Shown: piece after piece, positions 59,360 to 64,000 of the stretch
How positions within the stretch are numbered: the first letter of the stretch is position 1
Layout of the letters: the number at the start of each line of letters is the position of its first letter
DNA from: Gemmatimonadota bacterium
Lineage (GTDB): Bacteria; Gemmatimonadota; Gemmatimonadetes; Longimicrobiales; Gaopeijiaceae
NCBI GenBank assembly: GCA_034521595.1
Contig: JAXHMG010000003.1
Location: 1,984,001 to 2,048,000 of the forward strand
Direction of reading: 5' to 3'
Length of the DNA stretch: 64,000 bases
Notes under the pieces: model-generated
The model's database searches: none
The model's input: only the letters and a program-made list of their open reading frames with translations
Told to the model about the DNA's origin: nothing
Made by a program: the position numbers and the translations under genes

Positions 59360-60793
59360 CTACCCCACGAATTTCCAGCGTGTCCCGCCCGATTGGTCCT
59401 CCAGAACGACCCCGTGCTCGGCGAGCTCGTCCCGGATGGCATCGGCTTCGGCGAAGTCCTTTCGCCCACGCGCGGCCGCGCGTGCTTCGATCCGTTCCTC
59501 GACCCACGTGGCGAGCTCGTCGTCGACCGTGCGGCTGGCGTGGGCGACCTCGAGCAAGCCGAGAACCTCGTCCATCGAGCGGAGCCGGGCGAGCGCCGCG
59601 TCCCGGTCGCCGGGGCGAAGCCGGTCCCGACCCTGCAGCTCTGCGTTCGCCGCTCCCACGAACGTGAACACGGCCCCCAGCGCGTCGGCGGCGTTCAGGT
59701 CCGCGTCCATCGCCGACCGGAACCGTTCGAGCGCCTCCTCGGCGAGCTCCGCCAGGGACGTGGGCTCCGCGCTTCCGTCGGTGCCGAATTCCTCGAGCCG
59801 GGCCTCGAAGTCGAGCAGGCGCTGCACGGCCGCGCGCGACGACTCCAAGCCCGCACGGGTGAAGTTGAGCTCCCCCCGGTAGTGCGAGGAGATGAGCAGG
59901 TGGCGGATGGCCGCCGGATCGTACCCCTCCTCCAGCAGCTCCCTGACCGTGATGAAGTTCCCGAGCGACTTGGACATCTTACGTCCCTCGACGAACAAGT
60001 GCTTCACGTGGAGCCAGTAACGCACGAATGGCTTGCCGGTGGCCGCCTCCGACTGGGCGATCTCGTTCTCGTGGTGCGGAAAGACGAGATCCTCTCCGCC
60101 GAGGTGGAGGTCGAGGGTATCGCCGAGCTCGGTCACGCTCATGACGGAGCACTCGAGGTGCCATCCCGGGCGGCCCCGGCCCCAGGGAGCGTCCCACGCG
60201 GCTCCGGCTTCCTCGTCGTCCGGAGTCGCCGCCTTCCACAGCACGAAGTCCCGCGCGTCGTCCTTCGTGTATTCGTCCTGAGAGACCCGGGCACCGCTAC
60301 GGAGCGTGGAGACGTCGATCCCCTTGAGCTTACCGTAGTCCGGGAATTTGGCGATGGAAAAGTACACGGCTCCGTCCTCGGCCTGGTACGCGTGCCCGGA
60401 CTCCAGCAACCGGCCTACGAAGTCGATCATCGGCTGGACGTACTCCGTGGCCCGGGGATACGCGTCGACCGGCCGCACACCGAGCTGGGCGGCGTCGTGG
60501 AGGACGGCCTCCCCGAACGGCTCGGTGAAGGCACGCACGCCGACCCCTGCCTCCCGCGCCCGGTTGATGGTCTTGTCGTCCACGTCCGTGAGATTCATGA
60601 CGAATTGGACGTCGTACCCGGACCACTCGAGGTAGCGATGCACCAGGTCGAAGAAGAGGAACGTCCGGAAGTTTCCGATGTGCGCGTGGTCGTAGATCGT
60701 GGGTCCGCAAGCGTAGACTCGTACACGGCCCTCCTCGAGCGGCTCGAAGGGTCGAAGGTCTCGGGTCGCGGTGTCGTAGAGCGTCAGGGACAT
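59360..60793 (-). CDS. cysS: Cysteine--tRNA ligase
   Basis: CGPTIY..HIGN, GRPGWHLECS, FPHHENE, KMSKS. Confidence 0.96.
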   Translation of the reverse strand: MSLTLYDTATRDLRPFEPLEEGRVRVYACGPTIYDHAHIGNFRTFLFFDLVHRYLEWSGYDVQFVMNLTDVDDKTINRAREAGVGVRAFTEPFGEAVLHDAAQLGVRPVDAYPRATEYVQPMIDFVGRLLESGHAYQAEDGAVYFSIAKFPDYGKLKGIDVSTLRSGARVSQDEYTKDDARDFVLWKAATPDDEEAGAAWDAPWGRGRPGWHLECSVMSVTELGDTLDLHLGGEDLVFPHHENEIAQSEAATGKPFVRYWLHVKHLFVEGRKMSKSLGNFITVRELLEEGYDPAAIRHLLISSHYRGELNFTRAGLESSRAAVQRLLDFEARLEEFGTDGSAEPTSLAELAEEALERFRSAMDADLNAADALGAVFTFVGAANAELQGRDRLRPGDRDAALARLRSMDEVLGLLEVAHASRTVDDELATWVEERIEARAAARGRKDFAEADAIRDELAEHGVVLEDQSGGTRWKFVG

Positions 60794-60854
60794 GGCGCGC
60801 GGGGATTCGGGGGGCGGAACGTTGGAACTCGAGACGGACGCAGAGGGTGTCGGG

Positions 60855-61581
60855 TCACGGCGTGGCGCCGGCCGCATCACTCACCTCGTCGACAATGGCG
60901 GCGAGCGCGGCGGCCGGATCGGAGGCACGGGTCACCGCCCGGCCCACCACCAAGTAGTCGGCTCCCGCTCTCACGGCGGCGGCCGGCGTCGCGACACGCT
61001 TCTGGTCGCCCGGCTCCGAGGCGGCCGGTCGGATGCCCGGCGTGACGACCAGGAAATCGGAGCCGACGTTCTCGCGAACGTCGGCCGCTTCCCCGGGGGA
61101 GCAGACCGCCCCATCCACCCCCGCCGCGTCCGCCTGCCGGATGAGACGGACGACTTCGCTCGGCACGCGCGCCACGGATCGGCCCCACACCTCACCGAGG
61201 TCCGCGGCGTCGAGCGACGTGAGCACGGTCACCGCCAGCAGCCGGAGCGCAACGGGACGCACGCCGGCCGCTTCGCGGGCGGCGTGCGCGGCCGCTTCGA
61301 GCATGGAGCTCCCTCCGGCCACGTGCACCGTCAACAGATCGACTTCGAGATCGGCGGCCGCGCGCACGGCGGCCGCCACCGTATTGGGAATGTCGTGCAG
61401 CTTGAGGTCGAGGAACACCCGCTTTCCGGCCGAAGTGAGCTCGCGGACGAAATCCGGACCGGCCCGAGTGTAGAGCTCCAAGCCGACCTTGTAGAAATCG
61501 CCCGCGTCGCCGATGCGCTCCACCGAGGGCCCGGGCCTCGTCGGCCGAGGGGACGTCGAGGGCCACGATCACGCCGGGCAC
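60855..61581 (-). CDS. pyrF: Orotidine-5'-phosphate decarboxylase; 1-bp insertion near 61524
   Basis: VIVALD, YKVGLEL, FLDLKLHDIPNTV, VTPGIR, DQKRVATP. Confidence 0.93.
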
Positions 61582-61584
61582 GGC

Positions 61585-62499
61585 TCAGGCCTCCACCGGC
61601 TGCAGATCGTCCCAGGCCCCGATGCCGTGCCGCCGGCCCCAGCGAACGAGATCGCGCGCGATGCGCGGACCGACGCTCGGGAGCGCGAACGATGCGGTTC
61701 CGACCTGCACGAGCCGGGCACCGGCCCGGGCGTAGGCCGCGGCGTCCTCCGCGCGGCCGACGCCGCCCACACCCACGAGAGGAAGACCCGTATGCTCTCG
61801 GGCCTCACGGACCGCCCGCATGCCCGACGGGCGCAGCGCCGGTCCGCTCACCCCTCCCGGCCCCGCCCCGATCACGGGCGCCCCGGTTCCGGGATGCAGG
61901 AGGAGGCCGGGGAGCGTGTTCACGAGCGTCAGGCCGTCCGCGCCCGCTTCGGTCGCGGCCCCGGCCGTCGTGGGCAACCGGGTGTCGTTCGGCGCGAGCT
62001 TCGCGAGTAGCGGACGCTCCGTCCGCTCGCGGCACCCCCGGACGATCGTCCGAACCTGCTCCGGGTCGAGCGCGAATGGCGCGGCGCTCCGGTCTCGATC
62101 GTTCGGACACGACAGGTTCAGCTCGAACCCGATGAACCCGTCGGCATCATCCAACCCCCCCACGAGCTCGAAGAATTCCTCGACGGTGTGGCCCGCCACG
62201 CTCACGAAGACCCGAGCCCGCCGCACGTTCGCGGCCAGCCACGGGAGCTTGTCGCGCCGGGTCGCGGCGAGGCCCGGGTTGGCCAGGCCGACCGAGTTGA
62301 TCATGCCGCCGTCGAACTCGGCGACGCGCGGCGCGGGATTTCCGGTCCGCGGCTCCACCGTCACCGATTTCGTGACGAACCCACCGAGTGCTTCGAGGTC
62401 GACGACGTCCTCCAGCTCGATGCCGAACCCGCACGTCCCGGCGGCCAACAGCACGGGGTTCTGAAATCCGACACCGAAGACCTCCGTGTCGAGCTTCAC
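61585..62499 (-). CDS. pyrD: Dihydroorotate dehydrogenase (family 1)
   Basis: NPVLLAAGT, NSVGLANPG, ELNLSCPN, LVNT, GGVSG. Confidence 0.92.
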   Translation of the reverse strand: MKLDTEVFGVGFQNPVLLAAGTCGFGIELEDVVDLEALGGFVTKSVTVEPRTGNPAPRVAEFDGGMINSVGLANPGLAATRRDKLPWLAANVRRARVFVSVAGHTVEEFFELVGGLDDADGFIGFELNLSCPNDRDRSAAPFALDPEQVRTIVRGCRERTERPLLAKLAPNDTRLPTTAGAATEAGADGLTLVNTLPGLLLHPGTGAPVIGAGPGGVSGPALRPSGMRAVREAREHTGLPLVGVGGVGRAEDAAAYARAGARLVQVGTASFALPSVGPRIARDLVRWGRRHGIGAWDDLQPVEA

Positions 62500-63839
62500 C
62501 GGGAACGCATCTCGGTCAACCTGGTCAACAGCTCCTCCTCGAGCGCTTCGAAGCCCACGGCCGGACGACCATGCGCGGCCAGAACGTAAGGGCTTCGGGG
62601 ATGCCGCTCCAGGCGGGCACGAAGCTCCGCTCTACGGTCGCCACGCTCCGTCAGATCGAGCGCTGCGAGCAGCGCCTTGGGCGCCCATGGCTCGTCCGTC
62701 GCGGCATTCGCGTACGCCAGGAAGAGCCCCCGGGCGACCCGTTCGGCACCGAGGTCGTCTCGCGCGATCTCGCCCGCCAGGAACCAGGCCAAGGGCGTAT
62801 CCAGCCCAGCGAAGGCCAGTCGCTCCACGCTGTCGATGGCTTCGAGCATCGCGGCGACCTCCGGGTCGTCGCCGGCCGGGAGCAGCAACGATCGCAGAGC
62901 ATAAGCGTCACTCACGTCGTTCGCCTCCGCCAACGCCCACCGGGCGAGCGTGAGCCGGCCCGACGCCGCCGTCGAGCCCCGGCCGTCGGCGACCCGACGC
63001 GCCCGCTCCTCCGCGGCCGTGCGCCGCCCGGCCCGCCGTAGGAGGCGCGCGTGCTCGAGCACCATGCGGTCCCGCGGATCCCGCGGCCAGGCCGCTTCGT
63101 GCGCGCGAGCGAGCAGGTCGGCCGCCGCGTCGGCACCCCACAACCGTTCCACTTCCCTCAACGCTCCGAAAATCGCATCGGATCGGGTCGCCGCCTCCGG
63201 ATGGGAGAGAAGACGCTGCACCGACTCCTCGGTCCGGTCGAAGTTCTCCAGCTCGAGTCCCCACCGCAGCCGCTCCAACGCCGCTTCCACGCGGAGGGGT
63301 GGATGCTCGGTCGCGGCGCGGTCCAGGTCCCACCACCCCGCATCGGGAATCCCCCGCGCCAACAGGAGCCGCCCGCGGTGCAGATGCCCTTCGCCCCGGA
63401 CCGCCGGGGCGCTCGCACCGGCCAGCGCCTCGTTGAACAGCGCCAGGGCGGCGTCGGCGTCGCCGAGCTCCGCCTCGACGATCCCGGCGTACACCTGTGC
63501 GGCAAGGCGCTCGTCGGGATCCTCGGCGAGCCCCGCGCTGTGCTCGAGGGCGGCACGGGCCGCGTGGAGGTCGCCCGCTCGCAGATGCGCCCTGCCGAGG
63601 AGGAAGGCCGCCTCGTAGGCCCACCCTCCGGTCGGGTCGCTCCGGAACCCGTTCGCCGCCTTCCGGATGACGTCGCGGTACAGCGTGTCGGCCAGCGCTT
63701 CCCGGCCCTCGCGGCGGTGCCGCTCGGCATCCGCGAAGAGGTGCTCCGCGTTGTAGATGGCGTTGTAGTACGTACAGGCGGCCCCGACGATCAGGATCCC
63801 CGTGAGAGCCGTACCGGACCGGCTCACCGGGATCCGCAT
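62496..63839 (-). CDS. TPR-like helical repeat protein, probable lipoprotein
   Basis: Hydrophobic leader ending GAAC, then TYYNAIYNA and Ala/Leu-rich helical repeats. Confidence 0.65.
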   Translation of the reverse strand: MRIPVSRSGTALTGILIVGAACTYYNAIYNAEHLFADAERHRREGREALADTLYRDVIRKAANGFRSDPTGGWAYEAAFLLGRAHLRAGDLHAARAALEHSAGLAEDPDERLAAQVYAGIVEAELGDADAALALFNEALAGASAPAVRGEGHLHRGRLLLARGIPDAGWWDLDRAATEHPPLRVEAALERLRWGLELENFDRTEESVQRLLSHPEAATRSDAIFGALREVERLWGADAAADLLARAHEAAWPRDPRDRMVLEHARLLRRAGRRTAAEERARRVADGRGSTAASGRLTLARWALAEANDVSDAYALRSLLLPAGDDPEVAAMLEAIDSVERLAFAGLDTPLAWFLAGEIARDDLGAERVARGLFLAYANAATDEPWAPKALLAALDLTERGDRRAELRARLERHPRSPYVLAAHGRPAVGFEALEEELLTRLTEMRSR

Positions 63840-64000
63840 CAGCGCGAGCCTCCCCGGTTGTCGCCCGGTGGATACCGTTCGAGGAAGCGCTCCACCGCGC
63901 TCGCGATACCGGTAGCGGCGCGGTCCTGGAAATCATCCCGCGCCAGGAGACGGGCCTCGTCCTCGTTCGTCAGGAAGCCGACCTCCACGAGGACCGAGGG
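63839..64000 (-). CDS. N-acetylmuramoyl-L-alanine amidase, 3' end only
   Basis: PSVLVEVGFLTNEDEARLL (Amidase_3 motif); TGATG overlap with the next gene. Confidence 0.85.
   Translation of the reverse strand, partial: PSVLVEVGFLTNEDEARLLARDDFQDRAATGIASAVERFLERYPPGDNRGGSR

Noticed and set aside
56108-59360. tRNA-integrated genomic island carrying the betaine genes
   Set aside because: Genes lie on the 5' side of the tRNA; no duplicated tRNA end and no integrase visible
61515-61530. Programmed frameshift in pyrF
   Set aside because: One extra G (CTC G GTG) with no slippery heptamer; most likely a sequencing error

Overview
High-GC bacterial chromosome segment. Gene order and protein style suggest Gemmatimonadota (inference). 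From 17.7 to 56.2 kb it carries the core translation/transcription supercluster on the minus strand: tRNA-Thr/Tyr/Gly/Thr-tuf-rpmG-secE-nusG-rplKAJL-rpoBC, an inserted S9 peptidase, then rpsLG-fusA-tuf-S10-spc-alpha operons and rpmB. From 1 to 17.6 kb lies a surface-polysaccharide region (glycosyltransferases, epimerase, SLBB export protein, UDP-sugar dehydrogenase, rfbDAB) around secA. The first ~10.8 kb is full of indels, even in essential secA, which points to a noisy consensus rather than real decay. Four toxin-antitoxin modules sit between the polysaccharide genes; three have deleted or truncated toxins. Nearby is a two-gene unit: an uncalled 54-aa basic protein coupled to a nucleoside-deoxyribosyltransferase/TIR-like protein, a candidate defence or TA system. 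From 56.2 to 64 kb lie a glycine-to-betaine methylation cassette (GSMT, SDMT, adenosine kinase) with a long structured leader that may be a riboswitch, then cysS, pyrF, pyrD, a TPR lipoprotein and a partial amidase. Non-coding highlights: two palindromic elements repeated behind both tuf copies, a permuted L1-binding site with a possible pseudoknot, and a terminator-like hairpin between rpsG and fusA. All calls were made by eye; no database search was run.
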